DNA of 64,000 nt. Origin: Octopus sinensis (taxonomy: Eukaryota). This document shows positions 12,944-28,283 of this stretch, one piece after another. The notes below the pieces were generated by a model. That model worked only from the letters and a program-made list of their open reading frames with translations, did no database searches and was not told where the DNA came from. The position numbers were made by a program, and so were the translations under genes. The stretch spans positions 57,350,001 to 57,414,000 of the forward strand of contig NC_043004.1 in NCBI RefSeq assembly GCF_006345805.1, in the 5' to 3' direction. Position 1 is the first letter of the stretch. The number at the start of each line of letters is the position of its first letter.

Positions 12944-12979
<36 letters not shown>

Positions 12980-12980
12980 T

Positions 12981-13013
<33 letters not shown>

Positions 13014-13122
13014 TACATACATACATATATATATACATACATACATACATATATATATATATAATATATATATATATATACATAGATACACATATATATA
13101 TATATGCATACATATATATATA
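12410..13122. repeat. Compound (TA)n/(TACA)n microsatellite
   Basis: Directly visible. Similar large tracts at 10703-10853, 13477-13704, 14487-15085, 21781-22290, 25930-26450, 36240-36760, 47966-48410 and 49022-49430. Confidence 0.98.
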
Positions 13123-13476
13123 TACTCTTTTACTTGTTTTAGTCATTTGACTGCGGCCATGATGGAGCACCGCCTTTAATTGAACAACTCGACCCCGGGA
13201 CTTATTCTTTTGTAAGCCAAGTACTTATTCTATCGGTCTCTTTTGCCGAACCGCTAAGTAACGGGGACGTAAACATACCAGCATATCGATTGTCAAGCAT
13301 ATATATACATATATGCGACGGGCTTCTTTCAGTTTTCCGTCTACCAAATCCACTCACAAGGCTTTGGTCGGCCCGAGGCTATAGTAGAAGACACTTGCCC
13401 AAGGTGCCAAGTGGAACTGAACCCGGAACCATATGTTTGGTAAACAAGCTACTTACCACACAGCCACTCCTGCGCC
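13123..13476 (-). mobile_element. tRNA-derived SINE type B (internal microsatellite, TAAAAGAG tail)
   Basis: Head GGAGTGGCTGTGTGGTAAGTAGCTTG, body ending AAGAAGCCCGTC, and 3' part ending GACTGAAACAAGTAAAAGAG, as in 48867-49665. Confidence 0.9.
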
Positions 13477-13537
13477 ATATACATATATATATATATATAC
13501 ACATACATATATATATATACATATATATATAATATAT

Positions 13538-13578
<41 letters not shown>

Positions 13579-13602
13579 CATATATATATATTATACATAC
13601 AT

Positions 13603-13644
<42 letters not shown>

Positions 13645-13704
13645 CATACATACATATATATAGATATATATATAGATATATACATATATATACATATATA
13701 TATA

Positions 13705-14080
13705 TGGAAGCACTCCGTCGGTTACGACGACGAGGGTTCCGGTTGATCCGATCAACGGAACAGCCTGCTCGTGAAATTAACGTGTAAGTGGCTGAGCACT
13801 CCACAGACACGTGTACCCTTAACGTAGTTCTCGGGGGTATTCAGCGTGACACAGAGAGTGACAAGGCCGGCCCCTTGAAATACAGGTACAACAGAAACAG
13901 GAAGTAAGACTGAGAGAAAGTTGTGGTGAAAGAGTACAGCAGGGGTCACCACCATCCCTGCCGGAGCCTCGTGTAGCTTTAGGTGTTTTCGCTCAATAAA
14001 CACTCACAACGCCCGGTCTGGGAATCGAAACCGCGATCCTACGACCGCGAGTCCGCTGCCCTAACCACTGGGCCATTGCA
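13705..14080 (-). mobile_element. tRNA-derived SINE, head-2 + body-A type
   Basis: A box TGGCCCAGTGGTTAGG, B box GGTTTCGATTCCC; nearly identical to 25050-25432. Confidence 0.92.
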
Positions 14081-14108
14081 GAGATAATATATATATATAT
14101 ACATATAT

Positions 14109-14490
14109 ATATTGTTATATTTCGGAATGGTCATATTGCCAGTTTAGCCAATAAAAACACACGCACTATATATTTGGTGTTATTTTGCTTCAGTGATATT
14201 TATTTTTTACATTAATCTTAATCTTATTTCGGCCAAAGTTCTTTCGTCACACTCCTGTGACCGCATCAGTGGTCCTTTGTTTTCTTCTCACTTACTTGTG
14301 TCTCTCCTTACTAACCGTCAGCCATTTTGTATTTCTATTGTATGTCTTCATTTGCGCATGCTTATATCTCTATGTGCGTCTATGTTTATTGGCTAAACTG
14401 GCAATATGACCATTCCGAAATATAACAATATCTGTTTCAACACACGACTTCACATAAAAAATCTTGCACAACAAATATTTAAACGTACAT
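14109..14490 (-). mobile_element. PLE-like terminal-repeat remnant with perfect 47-bp inverted arms and a degenerate hammerhead
   Basis: 14109-14155 is the exact reverse complement of 14385-14431. Minus-strand motif at 14233-14272: cca CUGAUGC G GUCAC-aggagu-GUGAC GAAA GAAC UU ugg (A9 replaced by C). Confidence 0.6.
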
Positions 14491-14491
14491 A

Positions 14492-14537
<46 letters not shown>

Positions 14538-14594
14538 ATATAATATATATATATATATATATTATATACATATATATATATACATATATTATAC

Positions 14595-14664
<70 letters not shown>

Positions 14665-14834
14665 ATATATATATATAATACATATATATATATATATACA
14701 TATATTATATACATATATAATATATATATACATATATATAACATAATATATATACATATATATATTATATATATATAATATATAATATATATATATATAT
14801 ATATTATTAACATATATATATACATATATATATA

Positions 14835-14874
<40 letters not shown>

Positions 14875-15063
14875 AAATATATATATATATTATATATATA
14901 TTATATATATATATACATATATATATAGATATATATATATATATATATATATAATCTATATATATAATATATATATATACATATATATATATTAATATAT
15001 ATATATATATATGTATATATATGTATATATATATGTATATATATATATATGTATATATATATG

Positions 15064-15099
<36 letters not shown>

Positions 15100-15550
15100 T
15101 AGATAGATGGATAGATATCTGTGTGTGTATGTGCATCTATTTATTTATATTTTATAACATGGAAAACGCTCGTTTCGGTTTTATAATGAATTCCGTGATA
15201 ATCCTCATTTACATTATATGTTAATAATATTACTACTTGCTTTGTCAGGTTCTGACCTAGAGTTAATGAGAATATGCGGTTCATCTCTCACGGTCAAGTG
15301 GGAAAATATAATAACAAAGTCGATAATATGTATGATGTTTGTTTTCTAAATATTTCTTTTTAGTTTTCTAATAATTTCAGTCATTGGGCAGCGTCAAGAA
15401 AGAATGTGTGTGTATGTATGGAAGCGTGTGTGTATGCGCCCGAGTCTGTTCGTTTCTTATTTTCTAAGGCCGTATCCACGCGCGCACGCGCACACACACA
15501 TATTGAAACGCAAAAGGCATTGGGAAAAAACTGCGACGCCACACAGAATA

Positions 15551-15844
15551 TTGTTGTTGTTGTTTTATTCCTTCTTGAGCCACGCCTGGCTCATAGGGCC
15601 GGTTCCCCTGGTGTATAGGTTCTCCACCAGGAAGAGGAGGCCGGTCCGTCGCAGGTCAGCTGCAAGAGGAAAGAGTGAGAGAAAGTTGTGGCGAAAGAAC
15701 CAGCAGAGGTTCGCTATTACCTCCTCCGGAGCTGCGTGGAGCTTAGGTGTTTCGTTCATAAACACACATCGCTCGGTCTGAGATTCGAATCCTCGATACC
15801 TCGACCGCTGGTCCGCTGCTCTAACCACTAGGCCATTTGTCTCC
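15551..15844 (-). mobile_element. tRNA-derived SINE, head-2 with a different (AAC)n-tailed 3' end
   Basis: The first about 190 nt align with 13705-14080, then diverge into GGCTCAAGAAGGAATAAAACAACAACAAC. Confidence 0.8.
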
Positions 15845-18539
15845 AGTACACAGAATATAGATTACTATTGAAGTTTCATATGATCAGCTCTAGACAAAGT
15901 AAGGGCGTGAAAAATAAATCCTTGTAGCTGAAAAGATTAGGGTCATGGAGAGGAGGGGGCCGTATTAAATATAACTCGAAAGCGGATATCTTTCAAATGG
16001 TTACCAATCAAAATAAAAGGCTAATCGAAGTATTAAAACTTATAGGGTTGACCATATCATGGAATCGATTAAATCGACTAAGGAATTCTGTATTAATGCA
16101 AATAATAATATGTTGTCAATATTTATATAGCCCTTCTTTAGTATTCAAAAGCCATTAATTAAAAGGTGTCTGCAGCAGAAGAGATGCTTTCAACTGGTTA
16201 CTCTGCGAAATCCAGTCGGAAATGGTTTTGTTAAGTGAATAATATTTTATCCACAAGACTCTGCTGCACGTATCTGTTCCCTTTTAAATTATGTCTATAT
16301 AGGCGAAAATACTATTTTGCTCATGATTCTAGAATTAAAAAAAGAATAAGTTAGCTTCCATCCAATCAGAAACACGAAAGGAAAAAACGAATTACTGGAA
16401 TTTTCTTTTTTTTCTATGTTATGGTTCATGAAGAAATCACGGGCAAAAGTGTGTCTTGCAAATTTTGTATCTGTTTCGTATTCAAGATTTCGTTCTGTAC
16501 ATAATTCGATTTTCTCGTCGACAAAACTTTTATATGAATTTCTATTCCGTTGCTGTCTTATCTCTCACAGTTGAAGGAACACAAAAGCAATATAGTTTTT
16601 CTTCTTTACAGAGTTTGTAATATCAGAGATCCTGGAAACATCGTTAGTTAATGCGTAGATTTTATTAGCTGTCATTTATCGATGATGTATTTATGCAAAC
16701 GTATGTCTTTATTCTTTAACTTACTTAACTTTGACAGTTTTATAGATTTCAGCTTCATTGTATTTGAATTTCTCATTTTGTTAAACAAAACTTGAGGTGC
16801 GAAATCTCAGATATTTAACAATTAATTGTATTATAAACATACATTCATACCTGATTAACTATTCATAATTACGAATTATGCAATTTCAGATAAACGAGAC
16901 AGCAGACTATTCAATAAATATGTATATGAGTGTAACTGTGTGTTTTCATTTCTGTCTCTGTTTATGTGCCTGTGTGCGCATATTTTTAACTTCATACTCA
17001 CATGCAAATACATGTATCACATATATAGAGATAAGACTATGGAAAAGAGGAAAGAACATTTCTAATGAATTCACTGTACGTGACAAAAAGCAAGAAGAAA
17101 AAAAGAAACTGAAAAAAACTTTTGATGATCGTTTATCAGCTAAGAATATCGATCGACCAGCGAGAACTTTGGACTGTATTTCTTACAAACTGAAATTACT
17201 TCGTATTAGCGATAACCTTGCTTGATTCAATGGGTTCATCTGATATTACACGATTTGCTATGAAGAATTAATTCGCAGCAGACACAACCAATAATCTTAG
17301 AGAATGTTATCGGTGGAACAACTAAAAATAACAAAATACCAACTGTATGAGATTTGCGAAAGATTTCCAAATTGGTATAATTAGCAACGATGCTTCAAGG
17401 AAATGTCTTACAAGGATAACGTTTAGCATTCTACTTCAAATCTTATTTGGATTTTACTAGTAACAGAGATTATTTGTGTGTATGTTTGTTTTTATATATG
17501 TGTGTGTATGGTATTGAATTTATTTGGAAATCATCCGATTACTTTGAAAAATATTTACATTTTTATTTTGTGAAATTGTTATTTAGAGGAATGAGAGAGG
17601 TTATTTTGCTTTTCTTATTTTATTTCTCCTCTGGGAGCAAGAAACACCACACAGTCTGAAGAAGAAATTTGTTTATCACCCGTCATTTTACATTATATTT
17701 ATAAACATGACATCCGGTGAAGTGGTAGTAAGTTCTCACAATTGGTAGCATTATGCTTCGCAATCAAGTGAGTGGTGTATTCGTTTCTTTCTACAACACA
17801 AAGCAAATGTAAAGTTACGATGCAATACCTTTACAATAGAAAAGAAAGAAAACAATGTCTCCAATATTAGTTTTCGTAGGATATTAATGAGGGAAATTAT
17901 CAAAAATAACATCAGCAGCAACTGAAAGAACAACAGTTCAACAGCAATTTTGACGATTATGCAGGTAATGCCCAGACAAAAATTTGAGAATATTATGAGA
18001 AAGGAGATATATGAACCGAAATCATTCTGCTATTATATCAATTTCTAGAAGGTAGACAAAAGAGCACATGCCATACATCGGCTTCTCAAACGAAAGTCAC
18101 TTTCAGAATGTATTTGAATAGAGGCACCGAAGCTACGCCTCTCAGGATGTGGGTAGGATATTTATATCAAAAGTGTTTAAGTATATGGAAGAAAAAGAGA
18201 GACAATTACTGCTCATGCTTTACACAGCTACCCGTCAAATGCTATACCCGCATATGTAACGATAAATAGGAAAGAAGCTTCAGAAGTAAATCGAACCTTT
18301 GCTAAAAGGGTTTATATGTAAGCATTATCGATTCGTTGCGCGAAGACGAGAGACCAATAAAACTAAATTTGGGGTCTGGGACAGAAGCTCTAATTCCTAA
18401 CGGCACCATAGTCGCCAAAAGACATCTCGGAGATATATATCCCATCAACGTTTCTGTTGATGGGATATATGCGAAGCAGCCATAATTCTCCAGATGCCTG
18501 AAGTCATATCTGGGTAGAATACTGTCAATGACACTAAGG

Positions 18540-19120
18540 CGTAAGCTGGCACCGTTACTCCATTTCAACGTTACTACATTTCAGCGAGGAATGGGAAGAC
18601 AGAAACAACATGATCAATTGTCTCTGTGAATTTTCGAAAAATTCTGCACGTGGAGTCAAATCGATCTTTAAGGACGTTTGCATGGTAGTTTCTGGTATGT
18701 AAGCTTTGATCTTGAGCTGCAATAACAAAACCTTGTTTCCCCTTTCAGACCTTGTAGCCATTGGTGTGTTAGATTTTGACCAGTATCTGGCTTGGACAGG
18801 TAGTTAGAGAATTTTCCATGCAGGAGTTTACCTTTCCATTTGTCTTCGATATTATTCATGCAAGCCTTCTTCGCTTTTTGGTTGATGGTTTTTTTCATCA
18901 ATGGCAGGTTTGTCGCTACTTAGATTTCTTTGGTCTTTCTGGTTGTTAATTTCTAAATCAGGAGAAGCAATAGTAGGTCTGTCAATGTTTAGCTGTCTTT
19001 GGTCATTCTTATTGTTAACTTGTAGGCCAAGGGACATTTTCAAGACTTATTATTGCTGAGTTGAAGGATTGTTCGAGCTGTATCAGACCTCTTCCGCCAA
19101 TTTTTCGCGGGAGATAAATC
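18540..19120 (-). mobile_element. R4/Dong-like LINE fragment (post-RT region)
   Basis: YLPRKIGGRGLIQLE, KWKGKLLHGKF, THQWLQGLKGET motifs across frameshifts. Confidence 0.8.
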
Positions 19121-21778
19121 TTGTCTACATCTGATTTTGGATGGTGCCTTAAGGATCTTGTAAATATTAGTCTTGAGTTCTATATTTTCTGCCTTTATGA
19201 AATTCCCTACCTTGAAAGTAGCCTTTGCACATTTATCAAGTCCTTATTCTTTAATTCTATACGATCCTTGATACATCTATGCTTAACAAATGCGTCTTCC
19301 TTTCCCTCATCTCCCTCGCAACAGTATATAGCCCACTTTCGCACTTATATACCTCATACTTATAAAAACTGTTCAATATTCTATATAAAGCAACTACTGT
19401 ATATTACAGTTACCATTGCTTCGTTCTATCTTATATGCGCCAATCTAGATCTGCCTCACTGTTCACAGAAGACCCACAACGTTCTTGACAGTTTTTTGTT
19501 TTTTTAGAGAAAACTTATTACAGATACAATAAACAATAACATTATTATTATTGTTAGCCTCAGCACACAAATCTGATCGGGCTTGCTTTACAATCATATA
19601 TCGTTAGTTCTTTTTTGAAGCTTACCTGGTGGAATAGGTTTTAGAATAATCCTAATACGATTCGTGTCTACTAATAAAATACAGAATGTTTTGACTTTTG
19701 TGTATGGATTTTTTTTAATGAATAATATTATTTATTTATTTATGTCTACTTTATAATGTCTGTTGACGTATTGATCTAGTCTGACCCGAGATTACTATTG
19801 AAAACTTCACAAATGCATGCTCTGATATAGCATGCCCCCAAAACATTTTCATGGTAATAAACCTATAGCATACTCAAGCACTTACACAGTATAGTTGATA
19901 GATAATAATATAGATAGACATGCAAATATGCAAACATGTGCTTAAAATAATCTCTAACAAGAAGGTAGGCCACATAAAGACACATATTTCATGTTCTTTT
20001 TCATATTACAAAATATAAATGTAAAGTAATAATATATATGAAGAGAGCTGTCATTGATTAGTTATAGGGAGTGTATTTACTATTTTTCCATCATGCGTAC
20101 ATACGTATTATTCAAATTATATACTCTTGACAATGCCAGCAACTCAGTCACGTTTGGTATGTAAATCTAATATTTGATCTAATATTTGAAGATCTAATAT
20201 TTGATCAAATCATTTCCGCTCGTAACCCGCTGTTCTTTTTTTTGGGGGGGGGCAGTTTCTGTATACGCATGGAAACCTGAAGATCAATGTCCGGCGGGAT
20301 GCAATTCCAGAGAAACTCCACTGCAACACTAGAGAGAGATTCGGTTGCGATATCTAGCAAGTCAAATGGTCTCGTACAGTATCCCTTATTAGCTTAATTA
20401 ATCTGCTATATGTCAGAGAAACCCCGAAAGCAGTAAATTTGAAAGATTCATATTACTTTAGTATCTGTAATATTACACCCGAATGTTCGTGATATTTAGC
20501 GTAAAATAATTACAAATTTAAACTGGTGATCAGTATGATACTATGAAATAAAAATATACAATGAATGTAAAATGAGAGAATCGCTTTAAAAACGATGGTT
20601 CTGAAGGATATAGCACTGAGGTGTGTAACAAAAGATATATGTTCACCATTGCTTGAAGTTATAATGTATGTTTTGTGACAGCATTCAATGGCAATTGTTC
20701 ATTTCTTTTTAAAGTACTGGTGTGTTTGTGTAGTCAAGCACTTTATTGTTTAAAAGTGCTTATTTAATTGAAAAGATCCTTTTCAAACATGAAATTCATA
20801 CTGCTGAAGTATGCCAGAAGTGAAGAAGGACTGCGAATTTCCGTGCTTAGAATAAAGAGATGACTTTGATAATATAATGTATTGCTTATAGAGCAATGTC
20901 TAAGCATACACCAATTAGATTTACTTCGAAGAAGAGCGATTGTGTGTCTAAAATCCCCAATTGAAGACATTGCCAAACAGAAAGCAAATTATGAGGGAAA
21001 CTCGTTATTCATAACTGGAGAAATAAATGTAGTCAAGCGAGAACACTGATAAATGGAAACAACAGGGCAGGAAAAGTTACAAACGAAGAAGAGGTAAATC
21101 AAGAAGAATGAAGTATTTGGAGAACCAGATGCTTTTTCAGTATTTAAATTATGACCTTTTATCCCGTTCTACATTTCACGTCCAAACGATTTAAACTAAA
21201 GTTAGTGCTCAAAAGCATCGACGATAGTAGTTTGTGCGTTTTAGGTTGTTAGTGTTCTAGTATTTCATGGGTTTTATGCATTTTAAATTTACTGCGATTT
21301 TAAGTGTCCTTTTTGAAACTATGGATAACCAGAGCTATACAAGGAGATTGGATTAGGTTGGAAGTTTGGCTTTAGCTACAAAATGTAGATTTATACTCGA
21401 TTATAAACAGTTACACATATTATGACACAAGCATTATATATATTATGTGTGTTGTGTGTATAATCATCATCCGCCACTAATTTAAATCCGAGTTTTGTCC
21501 CCGTTAACGGGGGTGGCCGGATCTAACTCAAAGCCATAGTAAGGGAGGTAGGCAGGTGCAGCCCACCCCAAACTTTGAGCTGGCTGGTGGCCATTCTCAT
21601 TTGCTTTTTGCAGCTCGATTTTCTGCGGGGAGGATGCCCTTACTTACCTCCAACCTCAGTTTCTAAATATCAGAGCTCCAGAGAACAAGGCATCTATCAC
21701 GATATTTAAGAAATGTGGTAGAAAACTAACTCAGGAAGACAAGGGCACTACTCCTTCAAACCCCTTCAGTGCTCCCCT

Positions 21779-21822
<44 letters not shown>

Positions 21823-21878
21823 ATATATATATATATATATATATACAATATATATATATATATATATAATATATATAT

Positions 21879-21916
<38 letters not shown>

Positions 21917-21947
21917 ATATATATATATATAATATATATATACATAT

Positions 21948-22018
<71 letters not shown>

Positions 22019-22184
22019 ATATAATATATAATATATATATACAATATATATATAATATATATACAATATATATATATATATATATATATAATATACAATA
22101 TATATATATATATATATATATACAATATATATATATATATATATATATATTACAATATATATATATTATAATATATATATATAT

Positions 22185-22311
<127 letters not shown>

Positions 22312-22499
22312 CGAGATGCTACACATAGGCTCACGTTTCTGATCTGAACTTGTACGTTTTAGTTTATGAACAGGAAGGAAGGATTTCAGTATTTAAAAGA
22401 GAGTCGGCATGCATTTGTCTCGCATACCACCGGGGAAAGATTTTGACCAGAGGAGACAATTCCAATATCTTTGTAAGTGCACCAGTCAGAAAAATATTG

Positions 22500-22640
22500 G
22501 TTTGAATATTTGGCATACGGCCACCAAATTCGGGAAGGGAGTATTTCGATTACAACAACCTCAGTGCTCATCTGGATCTTTATGAATGACTCTGAAATGG
22601 ATGAAATGCAAATTCAGCCTCAGCGGAACTTTCAAACAGT
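22500..22640 (-). mobile_element. Degenerate SINE type C fragment
   Basis: GTTCCGCTGAGGCTGAATTTGCATTTCATCC...GAGCACTGAGGTTGTTGTAATCGA aligns with the type C core. Confidence 0.6.
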
Positions 22641-22988
22641 GTAGTATTGAACTATGCATTATAAAACGAACACATGTTATCTACACGCATCACTAGTACG
22701 TCATGTGTTGATTTTTATGTGAACCGTGTCGTTACATTCTGTAGTTCTTTACATTTAAAATACTTTCAATGCTATAAGTGTCGTTAGACGTTCGAAGAGA
22801 CCAGGGATTTCGTACATATGTTTTAGGTATGATTGTAGATGACATACCTTCGAAGGTGAGGCGCCCGTCTATAATTTTATTCTCATACAGAACGCCATGC
22901 AGTCCCGTATTGTTATATGAGACTGTCAATCTCAATCTGTGGATTTGTGTCAATGCAAGAAATTATTATTATTATTATCATTATTATT

Positions 22989-23252
22989 GTCATTTACTTT
23001 TAATCTGCATGTTTGATGCAATCACTTGCCGGAGCACACCCAGCGCCCTAGGGCAAGTGAAGGTTAAGAGTTGTTGAAATATAGCTGAAAGCTTGGGGAG
23101 GGGAGGTAGAGAAATATCTCCATGTAATACAACACAAACATTTACATTGATAGGGTTTTTCTAAGGATGTGGGCAGTACTTGTTAGCACAATCTTTTGGA
23201 TTTCCTTGAGACATGGTTCTCCAGGGATATTGTTTGGTGTTTCTGACATACC

Positions 23253-23304
<52 letters not shown>

Positions 23305-24300
23305 GCCAGTTATTTGACCTTAACCAGTTGAGCATGTCCCTCGGTGACTGACGATATGTGCATCTCTGATCACGAGTAGAAGTAGTGGGGGAGCATCATA
23401 GCCATGTGTCAGATTTGGGGTGGTGCATCCTAAATCCCCTTCATTATTTCTCTTGTTTTCCTGATTAGTTCATTTGGAGTCCATATAAGAATACTGTACT
23501 TACAACTTATAACTGGGACGGCTTGAGTGTTAATACCTATCATCTTGTTTTTCACATTGAACTCTGTTTTCAGTATTAATCTAACTCGTCTATAGTTTTC
23601 TTTTCTTATCGTCTCTGTCATTTGTGTATAGTATCTAGTTCATTCATTCCTAAGTATTTGTATGTCTGGATTTGATCCAATTCTCTGATTTTATTTGCTT
23701 TATCTAGTCTGATATTGTTACTCTTAAATATTTTTCCGCTTTTCAAAGTTGCTATGGCACATTTTTCTGAAGCAAATTTCATGTTTATTTCTTCGGTAAA
23801 TCTTTGTACTGTCTATAGTAGTGCTTCCTGTTGGTTATCCTTTGTGGTGTACACTTTTAGATTATCCATTTATAAGAGGTGGCTGATTGTTTAGACGTAA
23901 CAATTGTATACACATCCAGGTCTGTTTAGCAAGTCAGATTAAGGTGTTAGTACCAAGCAGAAGAGGAGTGGAGAGAGCATGTCTCCCTGGAATAGTCTTC
24001 TTCTAATGGGGATGGTTTTGATTTTTCATGAGTCCTTCTGGAGCAGTAACATTGTCACGGAATGTGTTATATATTTTATAATTATTGGTGCTACATTGTT
24101 CATGGCTAGTGTTTCTAGGATCCATGTGTAGGGAATACTTTCAAAAGCCTTTCGGTATACGGTCCAGGCCATTCTTAAATTCTTCTTGTGTCTGAGGCTC
24201 TTTTCAGTTATGGCTTTAATGATCAGTAGCTGATGTTTGCAGACGTATGAACCCTACTGCTCTTCTGGAAACATGTTCTCTGTTCGTTAAATATTCCCGG
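22989..24300 (-). mobile_element. R4/Dong-like LINE, internally deleted and interrupted at 23256-23412
   Basis: AWTVYRKAFESIPYTWI, FQGDMLSPLLFCL, HLLYMD, RENYRRVRLILKTE, and C-terminus EIQKIVLTSTAHILRKTLSM* (stop at 23142-23144); 3' UTR runs into (TAA)n. Confidence 0.88.
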
Positions 24301-24330
24301 TGTTCTTATTATTATTACTGTTATTATTAT

Positions 24331-24785
24331 TAAGGCGGTGACTTTGCATAATCGTCAGCGCGCTGGACGAATTGTTTAGCGATATTTCGCACATCACTAC
24401 GTTCTGGGTTCAAACTGCCCCGAAGCTGACTTTAAATTTCATCCTTTCGGGGTTATTAAATTAAGTGCCAATTGAGTACTGGGGCCGATGTAATCGACAA
24501 TCCCCTCCCCCAAATTTCAGGCCTTTTGCCTATAGTAGAAGGGATTATAATTATTATTATTATTATTAGGGCGGTGATGGGGCAAAATCGCTTACACGCT
24601 GGATGAAATGCCCAGCGGTCATTTGGCCGTCGTTACGTTCTGGGTTCAAATTGCGCTGAGGTTGACTTTGCCTTTCATTTTTTTGGGTTCGAAGAATAAA
24701 GTACTAGTGAAACACTGGGTTTAATGTAATCAACTAGTTCTGTCCTACCAAACTTCAGGCCTTGTGCCTTCATTAGAAAGGACTA
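24331..24785 (+). mobile_element. Two tandem type C SINE copies separated by (ATT)n
   Basis: Copies at about 24331-24545 and 24567-24785, each with AGGCGGTGA head and the GACTTTGCCTTTCAT...TAAAGTACCAG core. Confidence 0.8.
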
Positions 24786-25049
24786 TCATTATTACTCCTG
24801 TTCACTAAGCATTGTAAATTAAAATCAATCCTACCCAGACCAATTTGGAAACTTGCATTTTTTTATTAGGTCATTGGAATAGATTTCAGAGTATGTACAG
24901 CTCCGAGCAACTTATCTCTTTAAATATGTCCCCATTACATGTTGTCTCATAATTCATTTAAGAACAGCTTTAACTTTCATCCATCCGGGTCCCAAATGTT
25001 GTCAATGCCATGAAACTGAAAATATCTTTAACTTGCCTAGTATCATTGA

Positions 25050-25432
25050 TGGAAGCACTCCGTCGGTTACGACGACGAGGGTTCCGGTTGATCCGAATCA
25101 ACGGAGCAGCCTGCTTGTGAAATTAACGTGTAAGTGGCTGAGCACTCCCCAGACACGTGTACCCTTAACGTAGTTCTCGGGGATATTCAGCGTGACACAG
25201 AGAGTGACAAGGCCGGCCCCTTGAAATACAGGTACAACAGAAACAGGAAGTAAGAGTGAGAGAATGTTGTGGTGAAAGAGTACAGCAGGCATCACCACCA
25301 TATCCTGCCGGAGCCTCGTGGAGCTTTAGGTGTTTTCGCTCAATAAACACTCACAACGCCCGGTCTGGGAATCGAAACCGCGATCCTATGAATGCGAGTC
25401 CGCTGCCCTAACCACTGGGCCATTGCGCCTCC
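25050..25432 (-). mobile_element. tRNA-derived SINE, head-2 + body-A type
   Basis: Near-identical to 13705-14080. Confidence 0.92.
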
Positions 25433-25970
25433 ACATAGTATCATATCATATGTCTAAAACGGGCAGCATTATATTCCTAACAAAGGCAGGAAATCTAACT
25501 GAGATTATACAATGTTGGATTAAATAATTTTCTGTATTTCTATTATTATGAAAAGTACTTGATGCACATTTGTGCAATGCAGACATTCGGCATCTAACAT
25601 GCAAACACGTGTGTATACATATGCATATGTGCATATGTATTTTCGTGTACAATTTAAGACTGCATTTTTTCGGTTACATTTGTGATTGCAGTTTCTCTAC
25701 TCAGCTAACAGATCATTTACATTTATTACATTATTCTCCTTCAGCAACCACCGACATTCCTCTACAATTACACCATTGTCACCATGCATTCCGTTCCTTA
25801 ATACATTATTTTGTTATCTTTCCAGATTGTTCGCCTCTCTTTTCAGTGATCATTTCAAATTCGTGCATCATATTTCTCTTTATCAGCAATTTTATGTGCC
25901 TTCTCTCTCTCTCTCTCTCTATCTTTCCCAATATATATATATATACATATACACACATATATATGTATAC

Positions 25971-26037
<67 letters not shown>

Positions 26038-26110
26038 CACACATATGTATGTATACATATTATATATGAAGGTATATATATATGTATATATACATTATAT
26101 ATATATATAA

Positions 26111-26198
<88 letters not shown>

Positions 26199-27441
26199 GT
26201 ATATATATACATATATATATGTATTACACATATATATAAATGTATATATATGTATATATACGTATATATATATATGTATATGCATATATACACACATAAA
26301 TATATGTATATATACATATATATATATATGTATATGCATATATACACACATAAATATATGTATATATATATATATATATATGTATATGCATATATACACA
26401 CATAAACATATGTATATATACATTTATATATATATATGTATACGTATACATACGTTCAAAATACGCACAAACACATGTATAAATACATGCACCCATACAC
26501 CTTACATGTGTTTTGACTTTCTATTACATGTTACCATTACTTCTATCATTTGCCTTTTATTTACTTTCATTCTCTTTCATAGCTTCTCGTCATTTTATTT
26601 TCTTCAGTATCCTCCTACGTTACACCTCTTCCGAAAATACATGCTAACCTTATAAAATATTCAAGAGAGGAGAATTGTACAAAGGATAGAGAGGAAGAAA
26701 AAAAGAGAAAGATCAACAAAAATGAAAGCAGAAATTTTGAATATGGCATGAAGAAAACATTAAAAATTATCAAAAATTTTATTTATGTATCTTTTTTTTT
26801 TTTATAAATAAGGATAAGCTATAATGTATGACTTTAGATCAACATAGATCGATACTTTCTCAATATTTCTTCTGCAATAAACTATAAGGGAAATAAACTA
26901 AGATACAAAACATAAATTTGCAATATGACTGTCGGAAGTGTATCAAAGTACCGAAAGAAAACCGAAAGGCTTTGTAAGCAACAGACGATTCTTGTAAACA
27001 TTATCAGGAGCATATGTTAGAGAAAGTATATATGAAACTCTTTTGCTTTCTTGCTTTCTCAGCTCTCAAATATTTCACTTGAATCACCTATAGATGCATT
27101 TTTTGTTAACTTGTTAGATATTTATTTATTATTTCTGCAAATGTTTCCATGTTATTCATCGCTTTACACATCACTTTTCACATCATGAAGCTATTTGATG
27201 TCTTAGAAACAACTTAATGCCGTAGCACGGGAGCCACAATTGATTATCTTTATACAGCAAATGTATAAATAAATAAAACTTGAACATTTTGGTGTGTTCA
27301 AGTTTTACTACAGTGTTCAAGATATTCAATGTCACTTATCTACATATAATGTTGTTTAGTGGCTGCTTAGACTTTATAGATTTGTTAGGATATATATGTC
27401 TGCCTGAGCTTGTTTCTCTCTCTCTCATCTCTCCCTCTCTG

Positions 27442-27515
<74 letters not shown>

Positions 27516-27720
27516 AATTCATATCGCTATATATCAGTTTATCCCATCCAACAATATTTATATTTTAAATTAACTACAGTATATATGACCATCTTCATAA
27601 TATCCTAGCTATACATATCTATATATCTGAATCCGTTTCTATTTGTCAATCAGGTTATTTGCCTGTCTGTATGCATATATTTTTCTATCTGTATGTGAGC
27701 GTAAATGTATATCATAGACA

Positions 27721-28041
27721 GTGAGGGCGCGTGGCTTAGTGGTTAGGGCATTCGGCTCATGATCGTAAGGTTGTGAGTTCGATTCCCGGCGACGCGTTGT
27801 GTCCTTGAGCAAGACACTTTATTTCACGTTGCTCCAGTCCACTCAGCTGGCAAAAATGAGTTGTACTTGTATTTCAAAGGGTCAGCCTTGTCACTCTCTG
27901 TGTCACGCTGATTATCCCCGAGAACTACGTTAAGGGTACACGTGTCTGTGGAATGCTCAGCCATTTGCACGTTAATTTCACGAGCAAGCTGTTCCGTTGA
28001 TCGTATCAGCTGGGACCCTCGTCGTCGTAACCGGCGGAGTC
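27721..28041 (+). mobile_element. tRNA-derived SINE, head-1 + body-A type
   Basis: A box TGGCTTAGTGG, B box GAGTTCGATTCCC, GTGTCCTTGAGCAAGACACTT central motif, shared body-A. Confidence 0.92.
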
Positions 28042-28283
28042 TTAAGATATCATAGACATGCATAGACACATACACATACACACACATATATAGTTGAAAT
28101 TCACAGAAAATCAAAAGACGAAGACAGGTGTAGAAACAAGAAGCAGGAAAGTGAGAAAGTCTTTTATGTTTCGAGCCTACGCTCTCCAACAGGAAGGAAC
28201 ATGAGGAATTGAACAGAGAGAAATTTAAAAACCTTGTACATTTAGAGATCAAATTTGTGCATATATATATATATATATATATA

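Noticed and set aside
22386-22571. Peptide EILPSRIWWPYAKYSN...C resembling a Cys-loop receptor IWxPD..N motif
   Set aside because: The resembling part is the 3' half of a degenerate type C SINE; there is no FPFD continuation or splice donor.
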